From: Pristiophorus japonicus
Lineage: Eukaryota
NCBI RefSeq assembly: GCF_044704955.1
Contig: NC_092003.1
Location: forward strand, 7,812,001 to 7,876,000
Direction of reading: 5' to 3'
DNA: 64,000 bases
Shown: piece by piece, positions 1-13,020 of the stretch
How the letters are laid out: each line of letters starts with the position of its first letter
Numbering within the stretch: the stretch's first letter is position 1
Notes under the pieces: model-generated
Told to the model about the DNA's origin: nothing
The model's input: only the letters and a program-made list of their open reading frames with translations
Database searches by the model: none
Position numbers and translations under genes: made by a program

Positions 1-189
1 GGGCCTCGAACTTCCTCGACCCGTCTGACGGGCCTCAACTGAGCGCGTGGGAGCATCCAATATGGCGGGCTTGGCGCGTTACCGCGGCGTGGTGTCTGGG
101 AGCTTGCTGTGCACAAACTACACCTTTTCCGACATTGCCCCAGTGACGACACTTCAAGAGAAAGTACCTCAGTGGCTGTAAAGGTATTT

Positions 190-770
190 GGGATAACAAT
201 CACGCTACACATTACCGGTTCATCCACTGGGCTCACAACTGCATACCTCATCCCCCGAGCCCAACTGGCCGGGGTTTTATTGAGTCCTGTGAACGTCACG
301 TGACTGGCTAAGCCCCTCCCAACTCAACAGCTCTACAACTACTTTGGCTAACAGATAAAACCGAGTGCCCCCTTATTAAAGGGATACTAGAAGCCACAAC
401 TTAACAATTAAGGAACCTTAACCGATCAATTAAAATTTGGTTGCCGGGGGGGTGATGATGCACTCCAGTCCCTCCGGCGCCCACCTCTCGCGGAAGGCCC
501 GCGAGCGTACCGGTGGACACCGCGTGCTCCATCTCCAGGGACACCCGGGCTCGGATGTAACCGCGGGAGAGAGGCAGGCAGTCGGGCTGAACGATCCCCT
601 CGACCGCCCGCTGCCTGGACCGGCTGATGGCCCCCTTGGCCAGGGCCCAGGAGCAGGCCCACGAGGAGGCCCTCGGACCTGCCCGCTCCCCTCCGCACAG
701 GGTGCCCAAAGATCGGGAGCGTGGGGACTGAAGCGCAACCAGAAATTGAGGAGCGGTCTTAAACTGCAGG
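190..770 (-). mobile_element. 3' end of a Tx1/L1-like non-LTR retrotransposon (degenerate)
   Basis: Frameshifted LLGLAKGAISRSRQRAVEG..DCLPL.RGYIRARVSLE..AFRERW resembles a Tx1 ORF2 C-terminus. A second copy starts at 13423. Confidence 0.6.
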
Positions 771-1099
771 CCTCGCTGAGCAATTTGAGGGAAGGATTAG
801 TTCCCTTGGCTCCATCCCTTGGCTCTCCGCACACCCGGCTTGACACACCACCCCACGGCAGGCAGTGACGTGGTTCCGAACCGCCGCTGGCTCTCACTGC
901 GACGTATCACGAACCACAGGCGGGGAGACACACAGGGAGTGTTACACTGGCAGGAAGCCAGTCTATGCCCGAGCTGACATGCAAGTACAGACCAGCGCCT
1001 TCCCTATAATCAGCAGCTTACAGCTTTCGTCAGCACCCTGCTATACTGCTGTAGTATGCAATTTTACCCTTGTTTTCTTATATTTATCCCAGTCTTCGC

Positions 1100-1972
1100 A
1101 GGGCAGGTACAGCACGGGGTTAGATACAGAGTAAAGCTCCCTCTACACTGTCCCATCAAACACTCCCAGGGCAGGTACAGCACGGGGTTAGATACAGAGT
1201 AAAGCTCCCTCTACACTGTCCCATCAAACACTCCCAGGGCAGGTACAGCACGAGGTTAGATACAGAGTAAAGCTCCCTCTACACTGTCCCATCAAACACT
1301 CCCAGGGCAGGTACAGCACGGGGTTAGATACAGAGTAAAGCTCCCTCTACACTGTCCCATCAAACACTCCCAGGGCAGGTACAGCACAGGGTTAGATACA
1401 GATTAAAGCTCCCTCTACACTGCCCCATCAAACACTCCCAGGGCAGGTACAGCACGGGGTTAGATACAGAGTAAAGCTCCCTCTACACTGTCCCATCAAA
1501 CACTCCCAGGGCTGGTACAGTACGGGGTTAGATACAGAGTAAAGCTCCCTCTACACTGTCCCATCAAACACTCCCAGGGCTGGTACAGTACGGGGTTAGA
1601 TACAGAGTAAAGCTCCCTCTACACTGTCCCATCACACACTCCCAGGGCAGGTACAGCACGGGGTTAGATACAGAGTAAAGCTCCCTCTACACTGTCCCAT
1701 CAAACACTCCCAGGGCAGGTACAGCACGGGGTTAGATACAGAGTAAAGCTCCCTCTACACTGTCCCCCATCAAACACTCCCAGGGCAGGTACAGCACGGG
1801 GTTAGATACAGAGTAAAGCTCCCTCTACACTGTCCCCATCAAACACTCCCAGGGCAGGTGCAGCACGGGGTTAGATACAGAGTAAAGCTCCCTCTACACT
1901 GTCCCATCACACACTCCCAGGGCAGGTACACTACGGGGTTAGATACAGAGTAAAGCTCCCTCTACACTGTCC
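1100..1972 (+). repeat. 68 bp tandem repeat, ~13 units (GGGCAGGTACAGCACGGGGTTAGATACAGAGTAAAGCTCCCTCTACACTGTCCCATCAAACACTCCCA)
   Basis: Direct period 1101->1169. Confidence 0.95.
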
Positions 1973-2187
1973 AATGTTGGGATGAGCATTATTTGGTATG
2001 AGAAGCTTTTTGTAAATGTAAGCATTATCCTTGACGTGTGGACACTGTGTGTGGGACCTGTGTTCCAAACCCACGTGTCAGTGTGAGACAGCAGGTTACC
2101 AAGATCAGTCCCGCTCCCAGACCAATAGATTCTTATCCTTATCTTGACAGAGAGATGCTATCTTTAGTAAGAGAGTGTGTCGGCGAT

Positions 2188-2815
2188 GGCTCAGTGGGCA
2201 GCACTCTCACCTCTGAGTCAGAAGGTTGTGGATTCAAGTCCCACTTCAGGGACTGGAGCACATAAATCCAGGCCGACACTCCCAGTGCAGTACTGAGGGA
2301 GCGCCGCACTGTCGGAGGGGCAGTACTGAGGGAGTGCCGCACTGTCAGAGGGGCAGTACTGAGGGAGCGCCGCACTGTCGGAGGGGCAGTACTGAGGGAG
2401 CGCCGCACAGTCGGAGGGGCAGTACTGAGGGAGTGCCGCACTGTCGGAGGGGCAGTACTGAGGGAGCGACGCACTGTCGGAGGAGCCGTCTTTCGGATGA
2501 GACATTAAACCGAGGCTCCGTCTGCCCTCTCAGGTGGATGTAAAAGATCCCGGGGCCACTATTGGAAGAAGAGCAGGGGGAATTCTCCCTGGTGTCCTGG
2601 GGCCAATACTTATCCCTCAACCAACATCACTAAAACAGATGATCTGGGTCATTATCACATCGCTGTGTGTGGGAGCTTGCTGTGCGCAAATTGGCGTTTC
2701 CCACATTACAACAGCGAGCGCACTCCAAAAAAATACTTCATTGGCTGTAAAGCACTTTGGGACGTCCGGTGGTTGTGAAAGGCGCTATATAAATGCAATT
2801 CTTTTTTTTTTCTTT
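2188..2815 (+). mobile_element. tRNA-derived DeuSINE (SacSINE1-like), full length, with ~6 internal 33 bp units
   Basis: A/B-box head GGCTCAGTGG...GATTCAAGTCCC. Deu-like CCGTCTTTCGGATGAGACATTAAACCGAGG. L2-type tail GGCGCTATATAAATGCAA. Confidence 0.8.
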
Positions 2816-4210
2816 TTATCTTTACTAAGAGGTGATATATTTACTAAGAGGGAGATTATATATTTCTAAGAGAGAGATGATACCTCTAGAGGTTATACCT
2901 TTACTGAGAGAGATTATATATTTACTAAGAGAGAGATGATATCTTTACTAAGAGCTGGCGAGATGCAGAGAGAGGGCGGGGGGGTGCGAGTCTCCGTGTA
3001 TTACGTGCCAGTGTTATAGTCTCCGTCCACAAGGGCAGCGCTGTGCAGAAGGGAAGGATAAGTGGAGGTATTTAAACATGCAGCCAGCTCTAAGTACTAA
3101 ATGAGAGGGAGTCAGAGTAGGGTTTAGAAGAAGCTGTGCTGGTACAATATAATAGTTGTCCTTGCTGGCTGGCGCTGCAGTCTGAGGTGTGGTTATACCG
3201 TACACCATTCTCTCACCTTGCCCCGCATTCTTTGCAAGCGCTCAACCAGAACCGTCCTCACTCCAAACTTTCAAGGAGAAAAAAAAACCGTTTACCTCTC
3301 TGCTAACTTTTAGCAGCTGCCTCAAGCGATCCGGGTTCGCGTTGGAAAGACAAGCGTGTTTCTGTATAAGGTACTTACCCAGCCAAGGTTTGCAGAGTGA
3401 GTGGGTACAGCAGGCAGGACACGCTGCCCAGAGAACACCCTGACCGCCCTTCTCCCTGACAAATTACTCAGTTGAGCGAGAAGGGCTGCTTCGTGACCTG
3501 GTTCATGTAGATGTTTGGAAGAGGCTGGAGTGNNNNNNNNNNNNNNNNNNNNNNNNNNNNNNNNNNNNNNNNNNNNNNNNNNNNNNNNNNNNNNNNNNNN
3601 NNNNNNNNNNNNNNNNNNNNNNNNNNNNNNNNNNNNNNNNNNNNNNNNNNNNNNNNNNNNNNNNNNNNNNNNNNNNNNNNNNNNNNNNNNNNNNNNNNNN
3701 NNNNNNNNNNNNNNCCNNNNNNNNNNNNNNNNNNNNNNNNNNNNNNNNNNNNNNNNNNNNNNNNNNNNNNNNNNNNNNNNNNNNNNNNNNNNNNNNNNNN
3801 NNNNNNNNNNNNNNNNNNNNNNNNNNNNNNNNNNNNNNNNNNNNNNNNNNNNNNNNNNNNNNNNNNNNNNNNNNNNNNNNNNNNNNNNNNNNNNNNNNNN
3901 NNNNNNNNNNNNNNNNNNNNNNNNNNNNNNNNNNNNNNNNNNNNNNNNNNNNNNNNNNNNNNNNNNNNNNNNNNNNNNNNNNNNNNNNNNNNNNNNNNNN
4001 NNNNGTCGCTCTCACTCTCTCTGTCTCTCTGTCCCTCCCTCTCTATCTGTATCTCTCTCTCTCTCCCTCCCTCTGTCTCTGTCTCTCTCTCTCCCTCCCT
4101 TTACCTTCCTCTCTGTCTCTAACTCTGTCTTACTGTCTTTCTGTTTCTCAGTCTCAATCTTCCTTTCTGTCTCTCTCTCTCTCTCCGTCTCTCTGTGTCT
4201 GTCTGTCTCC

Positions 4211-4242
<32 letters not shown>

Positions 4243-4677
4243 CTCTCTCTCGGTCTCTCCTAATCCTTCCTCCCTCTCCCTCTTGCTCCAGCTCTGAATT
4301 CCTGTGTGTGTGCCAAAGAGCTGGGAGACTGCCGACTGCCACCTGGTTTAGCTTTAGCTCCCAGCTAATAACAGATGTCAAGCAGGCAGGGTTAACACGT
4401 TGGTGCCTGGGAGGTGGAGCAGGGAACGCTGTGTTTATACAGCTGTGTCAGATTCCCCACAGGCCATCGACAGAGAGAGAGAGAGAGAGAGAGGTTACCG
4501 AAGGCGGGTGGGCCTGGTCATTTCAGCCTCTGACACCAACCAAACATAACGTGGGGTGAAGGGCAGACTGCCACTGCCAAGTCGACGGGGAGTGAGTTAC
4601 AGGCCAGGAATTCAGTGCCGAGGTTATAGCGACAGACGGAAGATGGGGCCACTTACCATCTGTGCAACCGGCAGACA

Positions 4678-7470
4678 GACTTGCATTTATATAGCGCCTT
4701 TCACGACCACCGCACGTCTCCAGGCGCTTTACAGCCAATGAAGTACTTTTTGAAGTGTCGTCGCTGTTGTAATCATCATCGTAGGCAGTCCCTCGAATCG
4801 AGGATGACATAGAAAATAGGTGCAGGAGCAGGCCATTCGGCCCTTCGAGCCTGCACCACCATTCAATATGATCATGGCTGATCATTCACCTCAGTACCCC
4901 ATTCCTGCTTTCTCTCCATACCCCTTGATCCCTTTAGCCGGAAGGGCCACATCTAACTCCCTCTTGAATATATTTAGTGAATTGGCATCAACAACTTTCT
5001 GTGGTAGAGAATTCCACAGGTTCACAATTCTCTGGGTGAAGAAGTTTCTCCTCATCTCGGTCCTAAATGGCTTACCCCTTATCCTTAGACTGTGACCCCT
5101 GGTTCTGGACTTCCCCAACATCGGGAACATTCTTCCTGCATCTAACCTGTCCAATCCCATCAGAATTTTATATGTTTCTATGAGATCCCCCCTCATTCTT
5201 CTAAAAATTCCAGTGAATATAAGCTCAGTCGATCCAGTCTTTCTTCATATGTCAGTCCTGCCATCCCTGGAATCAGTCTGGTGAACCTTCACTGCACTCC
5301 CTCAATAGCAAGAATGTCCTTCCTCAGATTAGGAGACCAAAACTGAACACAATATTCCAGGTGAGGCCTCACCAAGGCCCTGTACAACTGCAGTAAGACC
5401 TCCCTGCTCCGATACTCAAATCCTCTCGCTATGAAGGCCAACATGCCATTTGCCTTCTTCACCGCCTGCTGTACCTGCATGCCAAATTTCAATGACTGAT
5501 GTACCATGACACCCAGGTCTCGTTGCACCTCCCCTTTTCCTAATCTGTCACCATTCAGATAATATTCTGCCTTCCTGTTTTTGCCACCAAAGTGGATAAC
5601 CTCAGACTTGCTTCAAAAAGTTCATCGTTGTTTCAATGAAGGACCTAATATTCCAGATCCCGAACTACATCCTGAAGGGTGGAAGATGCCTGTGCGTGGA
5701 TTTTTTTAACGTGGGGTGACCGTTGCACACCAGCCACCACACGGGCTTGACAGAGCGAGGTCTTGGTCCAGGGGCAAGGGTTAACCAGGACGACTGGAGA
5801 CCAGCTCTGCTGCACGGACCCAGTGCGCGCACATATCGCACACAGTGTGGGCTGGGCCCGTGCTGCCCCTGGGCCATCGACTCTCCTGGGCCCCGAACTC
5901 TCGCCTCTCCCGGGCCCCAATCACGTCTCTCTACAATCTCTCGCCGCTCCTTCGCCCCGACCCTCGCCGCTCCTGATGTACCTGCCCCACGCTCCAATCA
6001 CCGACCTGGGCCGTGGTGATGTCCCTCTTCACTGCCGTCGCTCTCCTGCTCCAACACGCGCTGCTCCCTGGGGCGGTACACCGCCACACTGCTCCTTCCA
6101 CTCCCCGGCCTGCTCCGATGGTGCTCACAGGCCAGGGGCCGCGCAGACTGCTTGTACCATGGGAAATGCGGCAGCCTGTTTGCGCACAGTAAGCTCCCAC
6201 ACACAGCAATGTGATAATGACCTGAGATAATCTGTTTTTTGTTATGCTAATTGAAGGATAAATATTGGCCCCAGGATATCGGGGAGAACTCCCCCTGCTC
6301 TTCTTCAAAATACTGGCCGTGGGATCTTTAACATCCACCTGAGAGGGCAGACGGGGCCTCGGTTTAATGTCTCATCTGAAAGACGGCACCTCCGACAGTG
6401 CGGGGCTCCCTCAGTACTGCCCCTCCGACAGTGAGGCGCTCCCTCAGTACTGCCCCTCCGACACTAAAGCGCTCCCTCAGTACTGCCCCTCTGACAGTGC
6501 GGCGCTCCCTCAGTACTGCCCCTCCGACACTAAAGCACTCCCTCAGTACTGCCCCTCCGACAGTGCGGCGCTCCCTCAGTACTGCCCCTCTGACACTAAA
6601 GCGCTCCCTCAGTACTGCCCCTCCGACAGTGCGGGGCTCCCTCAGTACTGCCCCTCCGACAGTGCGGCGCTCCCTCAGTACTGCACCTCCGACAGTGCAG
6701 CGCTCCCTCAGTACTGCCCCTCCGACAGTGCGGGGCTCCCTCAGTACTGCCCCTCCGACAGTGCGGGGCTCCCTCAGTACTGCCCCTCCGACAGTGCGGC
6801 GCTCCCTCAGTACTGCCCCTCCGACAGTGCGGCGCTCCCTCAGTACTGCCCCTCCGACAGTGCGGGGCTCCCTCAGTACTGCCCCTCCGACAGTGCGGCG
6901 CTCCCTCAGTACTGCCCCTCCGACAGTGCGGCGCTCCCTCAGTACTGCCCCTCCGACAGTGCGGGGCTCCCTCAGTACTGCCCCTCCGACACTAAAGCAC
7001 TCCCTCAGTACTGCCCCTCCGACAGTGCGGGGCTCCCTCAGTACTGCCCCTCCGACACTAAAGCACTCCCTCAGTACTGCCCCTCCGACAGTGCGGCGCT
7101 CCCTCAGTACTGCCCCTTCGACACTAAAGCGCTCCATCAGTACTGCCCCTCTGACAGTGCGGCGCTCCCTCAGTACTGCCCCTCCGACAGTGCGGCGCTC
7201 CCTCAGTACTGCCCCTCCGACAGTGCGGCGCTCCCTCAGTACTGCCCCTCCGACAGTGCGGGGCTCCCTCAGTACTGCCCCTCCGACAGTGCGGCGCTCC
7301 CTCAGTACTGCCCCTCCGACAGTGCGGCGCTCCCTCAGTACTGCACCTCCGACAGTGCGGGGCTCCCTCAGTACTGCCCCTCCGACAGTGCGGTACTCCC
7401 TCAGTACTGCACCTCCGACAGTGCGGGGCTCCCTCAGTACTGCACTGGGGTGTCAGCCTGGAATTTTGTC
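4678..7470 (-). mobile_element. DeuSINE with ~32 x 33 bp expansion (6385-7445), interrupted at 4772-6150 by an RTE-derived SINE and a CR1
   Basis: The tail at 4678-4771 continues at ~6152. Confidence 0.8.
4809..5604 (-). mobile_element. CR1 LINE 3' fragment
   Basis: [19 protein letters not shown]...RRNFFTQRIVNLWNSLP, plus a CR1-type 3' tail. Confidence 0.9.
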
Positions 7471-8029
7471 GCTGGACTGGGAAGTGAACCTACACCCAGA
7501 GGCGAGGTGCTGTCCTCTGGACCACGGTGGACTGACCACCAATTGCGTCAACTGCAGTGGCCTAGAAACCGGGCACGAGGCGATAATCTCTCTCGCGATA
7601 AATTGGGGTTAACGCCACCCCCGCCCCCCCCAAATGAAGTGGGGCGCTAAATCGGAGCGCGGGGTGCGGGCGGGGAGCGCGGCTCGAGAGCGTAACGCAC
7701 TGGGCCGCGCAGCGCTGTGGTGTAGGAGGGGCTCGTCCCTCAATTAAAGGGACAGGCCCGAGCTGCGTAGTGTGCAGGATAAAAATGCGTCTCAGCGGGG
7801 GAGGGGGGGTCACCCAGCGATCAGCCCCGCCCCTCGCACCTCGCGGCGAGACTGAGCAATCGCAGCGCCGATACCCCGTATCCGAACTGGCGGCAGAGCG
7901 GACAAGAAGAGCGGCCATTTTATCTCAGCAGCGGCCGCCCACATCCCCTTGATCTCTAGCGCCCCCTCCTGGGGGCTGCTCGCGGGAGGCGCCGTTGACC
8001 CCAACTTCTGCCACAATGGATTAGAATTC

Positions 8030-8485
8030 ATCATCATCATCATCGGCAGCCCCCTCGGAATCGAGGAAGACTTGCTTCCACTCTAAAAGTGAGTTCTCAG
8101 GTGGCTGAACAGTCCAATACGAGAGCCACAGTCCCTGTCACAGGTGGGACAGACAGTGGTTGAGGGAAGGGGAGGGTGGGACTGGTTTGCCGCACGCTCC
8201 TTCCGCTGCCTGCGCTTGGTTTCTGCACGCTCTCGGCGACGAGACTCGAGGTGCTCAGCGCCCTCCCGGATGCACTTCCTCCACTTAGGGCGGACTGGTC
8301 TTTGGACCAGGGACTCCCAGGTGTCAGTGGGGGATGTTGCACTTTATCAGGGAGGCTTTGAGGGTGTCCCTGTAATGTTTCCTCTGCCCACCTTTGGGCC
8401 CGTTTGCCGTGTAGGAGTTCCGAGTAGAGCGCTTGCTTTGGGAGTCTCGTGTCGGGGGCATGCGGACAATGTGGGCCTGCCCAGC
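8030..8485 (-). mobile_element. RTE-clade LINE 3' fragment
   Basis: KASLIKCNIP..KWRKCIREGAEHLESRR..CPTCDR zinc knuckle, with a (GAT)n tail. Confidence 0.8.
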
Positions 8486-9987
8486 TTTAAGGCAAAGGAT
8501 TAGAATGACCTTATACCTGGAGCACTGGGCACAGTTCTGGTCTCCTTATCTAAGGAAGGATATACTTGCCTTGGAGGCGGTACAAGAAGGTTCACCAGAC
8601 TGATTCCTGGGATGGTGGGATTGTCCTATGAGGAGAGATTGTGTAGACTGGGCCGATGCTCTCTGGAGTTTAGAAGAATGAGGTGATGTCATTGAAACAT
8701 AAGATTCTGAGGGGGCTTGGCAAGGTAGATGCAGGGAGGGTGTTTCCCCTGGGCTGGGGAGTCTAGAACCAGGGGTCACACAGTCTCAGGATAATGGGTC
8801 ATAAGAAATAGGAGCAGGAGTAGGCCATACGGCCCCTCGAGCCTGCTCCACCATTTAATACGATCATGGCTGATCCGATCATGGACTCAGCTCCACTTCC
8901 CCGCCCGCTCCCCATAACCCCTTAATCCACTATCTGTCCCACCTGTGACAGAGTCTGTGGTTCTCGTATTGGACTGTTCAGCCACCTAAGGACTCATGTT
9001 TAGAAGGAAGCAAGTCTTCCTCGATTCCGAGGGACTGCCTATGATGATGATCGGTTAAGAAACTGTCTATTTCTGTCTTAAATATATTCAATGACCCAGC
9101 CTCCACAGCTCTCTGGGGCAGAGAATTCCATAGATTTATACCCCTCAGAGAAGAAATTTCTCCTCATCTCAGTTTTAAATGGGCGGCCCCTTATTCTAAG
9201 ACCATGTCCCCTAGTTCTAGTCTCCCCCATCAGTGGAAACATCCTCTCTGCATCCACCTTGTCGAGCCCCCTCATAATCTTATACGTCTCGATAAGATCA
9301 CCTCTCATTCTTCTGAATTCCAATGAGTAGAGGCCCAACCTCCTCAACCTTTCCTCATAAGTCAACCCCCTCATCCCCGGAATCAACCGAGTGAACCTTC
9401 TCTGAACTGCCTCCAAAGCAAGTGTATCCTTTCGTAAATATTTAGGACTGAGATGAGGAGGAATTTCTTCACTCAGAGGGGGGTGAATCTTTGGAATTCT
9501 CTGCCCCAGAGGGCCGTGGAGGCCCAGTCTCTGAGTATATTCACGGCTGACATCGATAAGATTATTGGAGTCTCGGGTCATCGAGGGATACGGGCGGGAA
9601 GGTGGGGTTGAGGTCGAAGGTCGGCCATGATCTTAGTGAATGGCGGAGCAGGCTCGAGGGGCCGAATGGCCTACTCCTGCTCCTGTATCTTATCTTCTTG
9701 TCTTGGCACTCTTGGATTAAGGCTGCAACTGCGCGCGTGGCATCTTCCCCGCCCCTCCCGTTCGGACGGCTTGCACCAACGAGTGGGCTGGGGGTGTCCG
9801 GGCTATACTTAGGTGATGCCAAGGAAGAAACACAAAGCTGTAACCGGCGGGGGTATTGCAGGCTCGGTCTGCCCTCAACCGTAACCCTTCCAACAGCCGA
9901 CAGTCACAGAACTTAACTGAGAAAGGACTCTCAGTCACTGCAGCTCGGGTCGGGGCAGTGCCCAGATTGAATGCAAGGCTTGAAAGG

Positions 9988-10660
9988 CTTGCATTTATAT
10001 AGCGCCTTTCACGACCACCGCACGCCCCAAAGCGCTTTGCAGCCAACGAAGTACTTTTTTTGGAGCGCGCTCGCTGTTGTAACGTGGGAAACGCCAATTG
10101 GCGCACAGCAAGCTCCCACACACAGCAATGTGATAATGACCCGGATCGTCTGTTTCAGTGATGTTGGTTGAGGGATAAATATTGGCCCCAGGACACCGGG
10201 GAGAACTCCCCCTGCTCTTCTTCCAATACTGGCCGTGGGACCTTTTACATCCGCTTGAGGGGGCAGATGGGGCCTCGGTTTAACGTCTCATCTGAAAGAC
10301 GGCACCTCCGACAGTGCGGCGCTCCCTCAGTACTGCCCCTCCGACAGTGCGGCGCTCCCTCAGTACTGCCCCTCCGACAGTGCGGCGCTCCCTCAGTACC
10401 GCCCTTCCGACAGTGCGGCGCTCCCTCAGTACTGCCCCTCCGACAGTGCGGTGCTCCCTCAGTACCGCCCTTCCGACAGTGCGCCGCTCCCTCAGTACTG
10501 CCCCTCCGACAGTGCGGTGCTCCCTCAGTACCGCCCCTCCGACAGTGCGGCACTCCCTCAGCACCGCCCCTCCGACAGTGCGGCGCTCCCTCAGTACTGC
10601 CCCTCCGACAGTGCGGCGCTCCCTCAGTACTGCACTTGGAGTGTCAGCCTGGAATTTTGT
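9988..10660 (-). mobile_element. DeuSINE with ~10 x 33 bp units
   Basis: Same family as 2188-2815. Confidence 0.8.
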
Positions 10661-10714
10661 GTTGAGGGGTCGGGATTGTGCAGTGATGTTTGATGGTGCA
10701 GTGCCACACGGTCC

Positions 10715-13020
10715 ATAGAAACATAGACAATAGGTGCAGGAGTGGGCCATTCGGCCCTTCTAGCCTGCTCCACCATTCGATATGATCATGGCTGATCATT
10801 CAACTTCAGTACCCCATTCCTGCTTTCTCTCCATACCCACTGATCCCTTTAGCCGTAAGGGCCACATCTAACTCCCTTTTGAATATATCTAACGAACTGG
10901 CCTCAACAACTTTCTGTGGTAGACAATTCTCTGGGTGAAGAAGTTTCTCCTCATCTCGGTCCTAAATGGCTTACCCCTTATCCTTAGACTGTGTCCCCTG
11001 GTTATGGACTTCCCCAACATTGGGAACATTCTTCCTGCATCTAACCTGTCCAATCCCGTCAGAATTTTATATGTTTCTATGAGATCCCCTCTCATTCTTC
11101 TGAATTCCAGTGAATATAAGCCTAGTCGGTCCAGTCTTTCCTCATATGTCAGTCCTGCCATCCCGGGAATCAGTCTGGTGAACCTTCGCTGCACTCCCTC
11201 AATAGCAAGAACATCCTTCCTCAGATTAGGAGACCAAAACTGAACACAAAGGGCCCAAGTTTCCACATGATTTGCGCCTGATTTTTAGGAGCAACTGGTG
11301 GAGAACGGACTATCTTAGAAATCGCAATTCTCCACATTTTTTTTTCTGCAGTTCTAGTCAGGTAGATCAGTTCTAGTTTAGAACAGAATTTTTTCTTCAA
11401 AAGGGGGCGTGTCCGGCCACTGACGCCTGATTTGAAAGTTTCCACAGTGAAAACGTACTCCAAACTAAAGTAGAATGGAGCCAGTGAAGATTTTTGTAGA
11501 ACTGAAAAAACCTGTTCTACACATTAAAAAATCAGGCGCAGGTTACAAATTAGGCGTCCAGAACGAGGTGGGGGGGAGGGGGAGGGAACTCATTAAATTC
11601 GACAATAAATCCTTATTTATACTTCTACAAATATTATACAAATAAATCCAACCTGAATAAACATTTATAAGCAAAGAAAAGATTAAATAAACCATCTTCC
11701 TACCTGTGTGAAAGTTCTTCAGCCAGGGAGAATTGTGCAGCCGTTCGTGTCGCTGAGCGCGAGGGGGAGAGAGAGAGAGGGAGGGAGGGGGAGGGAGGGA
11801 GAGAGGGGGAAGGGAGGGAGAAAGGGGAGGGAGGGAGAGAGAGGGGGGGAGGGAGGGGGAGAGAGAGAGAGAGAAAGAGAGGGAGGGAGAGAAAGGGGGG
11901 GAGGGAGGGAGAGAGAGGGGGNNNNNNNNNNNNNNNNNNNNNNNNNNNNNNNNNNNNNNNNNNNNNNNNNNNNNNNNNNNNNNNNNNNNNNNNNNNNNNN
12001 NNNNNNNNNNNNNNNNNNNNNNNNNNNNNNNNNNNNNNNNNNNNNNNNNNNNNNNNNNNNNNNNNNNNNNNNNNNNNNNNNNNNNNNNNNNNNNNNNNNN
12101 NNNNNNNNNNNNNNNNNNNNNNNNNNNNNNNNNNNNNNNNNNNNNNNNNNNNNNNNNNNNNNNNNNNNNNNNNNNNNNNNNNNNNNNNNNNNNNNNNNNN
12201 NNNNNNNNNNNNNNNNNNNNNNNNNNNNNNNNNNNNNNNNNNNNNNNNNNNNNNNNNNNNNNNNNNNNNNNNNNNNNNNNNNNNNNNNNNNNNNNNNNNN
12301 NNNNNNNNNNGGTGTCAGGTCTTGTCGGGGGCGGGGAGCAGGAGCTGGCCGTGGGAGGAGCCTCATTCACGCAGCCCCAGTGAGGCCATTGGGCCAGGGC
12401 TAGGGGCTGCGTGCTTCGGGCCCCTCCCACACAGTTCGGTGCCTGGAGCTACTGCACTTGCGTGCCGACTGTAGCGCGCATGTGCAGAGGTCCCGGCACT
12501 GTTTTCAGCGCAGGGACCTGGCTCCGCCCCCCCACAGCTCGTGCCGGCTGCGCCGAGTGCCACAGGACCTGTAAGTCGGTGGAGAATACCGAGGATTTTT
12601 TTAGGCGCCGTTTTAGGCGCGAAAAACGGGCGCCCAGCTCGGAGGGGCGCCTGTTTTTTTTCTTGTGGAAACTTGGGTCCATAATTCCAGGTGAGGCCTC
12701 ACCAAGGCCCTGTACAACTGCAGTAAGACCTCCCTGCTCCTATACTCAAATCCCTTCGCTCTGAAGGCCAACATGCCATTTGCCTTCTTCACCGCCTGCT
12801 GTACCTGCATGCCAACTTTCAATGACTGATGTACCATGACACCCAGCTCTCGTTGCACCTCCCCTTTTCCTAATCTGCCGCCATTCAGATAATATTCTGC
12901 CTTCCTGTTTTTGCCACCAAAGTGGATAACCTCACATTTATCCACATTATACTGCATCTGCCATGCATTTGCGCACTCACCTAACCTGTCCAAGTCACCC
13001 TGCAGCCTCTTAGCGTCCTC
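10715..13020 (-). mobile_element. CR1 3' fragment split by a MITE (11251-12680)
   Basis: CR1 ORF2 sequence resumes in register across the insertion. Confidence 0.85.
11251..12680. mobile_element. Non-autonomous DNA transposon with 17 bp TIRs (PIF/Harbinger-like by GGGCC terminus)
   Basis: GGGCCCAAGTTTCCACA ... TGTGGAAACTTGGGTCC (1 mismatch). No transposase seen. Contains an N gap. Confidence 0.75.

Noticed and set aside
1100-1972. CRISPR-like regular repeats
   Set aside because: There are no unique spacers and no cas genes, and the context is eukaryotic. These are simple tandem repeats.
2188-2265. tRNA gene (also at 34794 and 38470)
   Set aside because: The A/B boxes are SINE heads that continue into SINE bodies, with no complete cloverleaf.
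6364-7650. Long ORFs (PQYCPSDSAAL / STAPPTVRRSL repeats), also at 54009-57190
   Set aside because: They are translations of the 33 bp SINE-internal minisatellite and are open in several frames on both strands.
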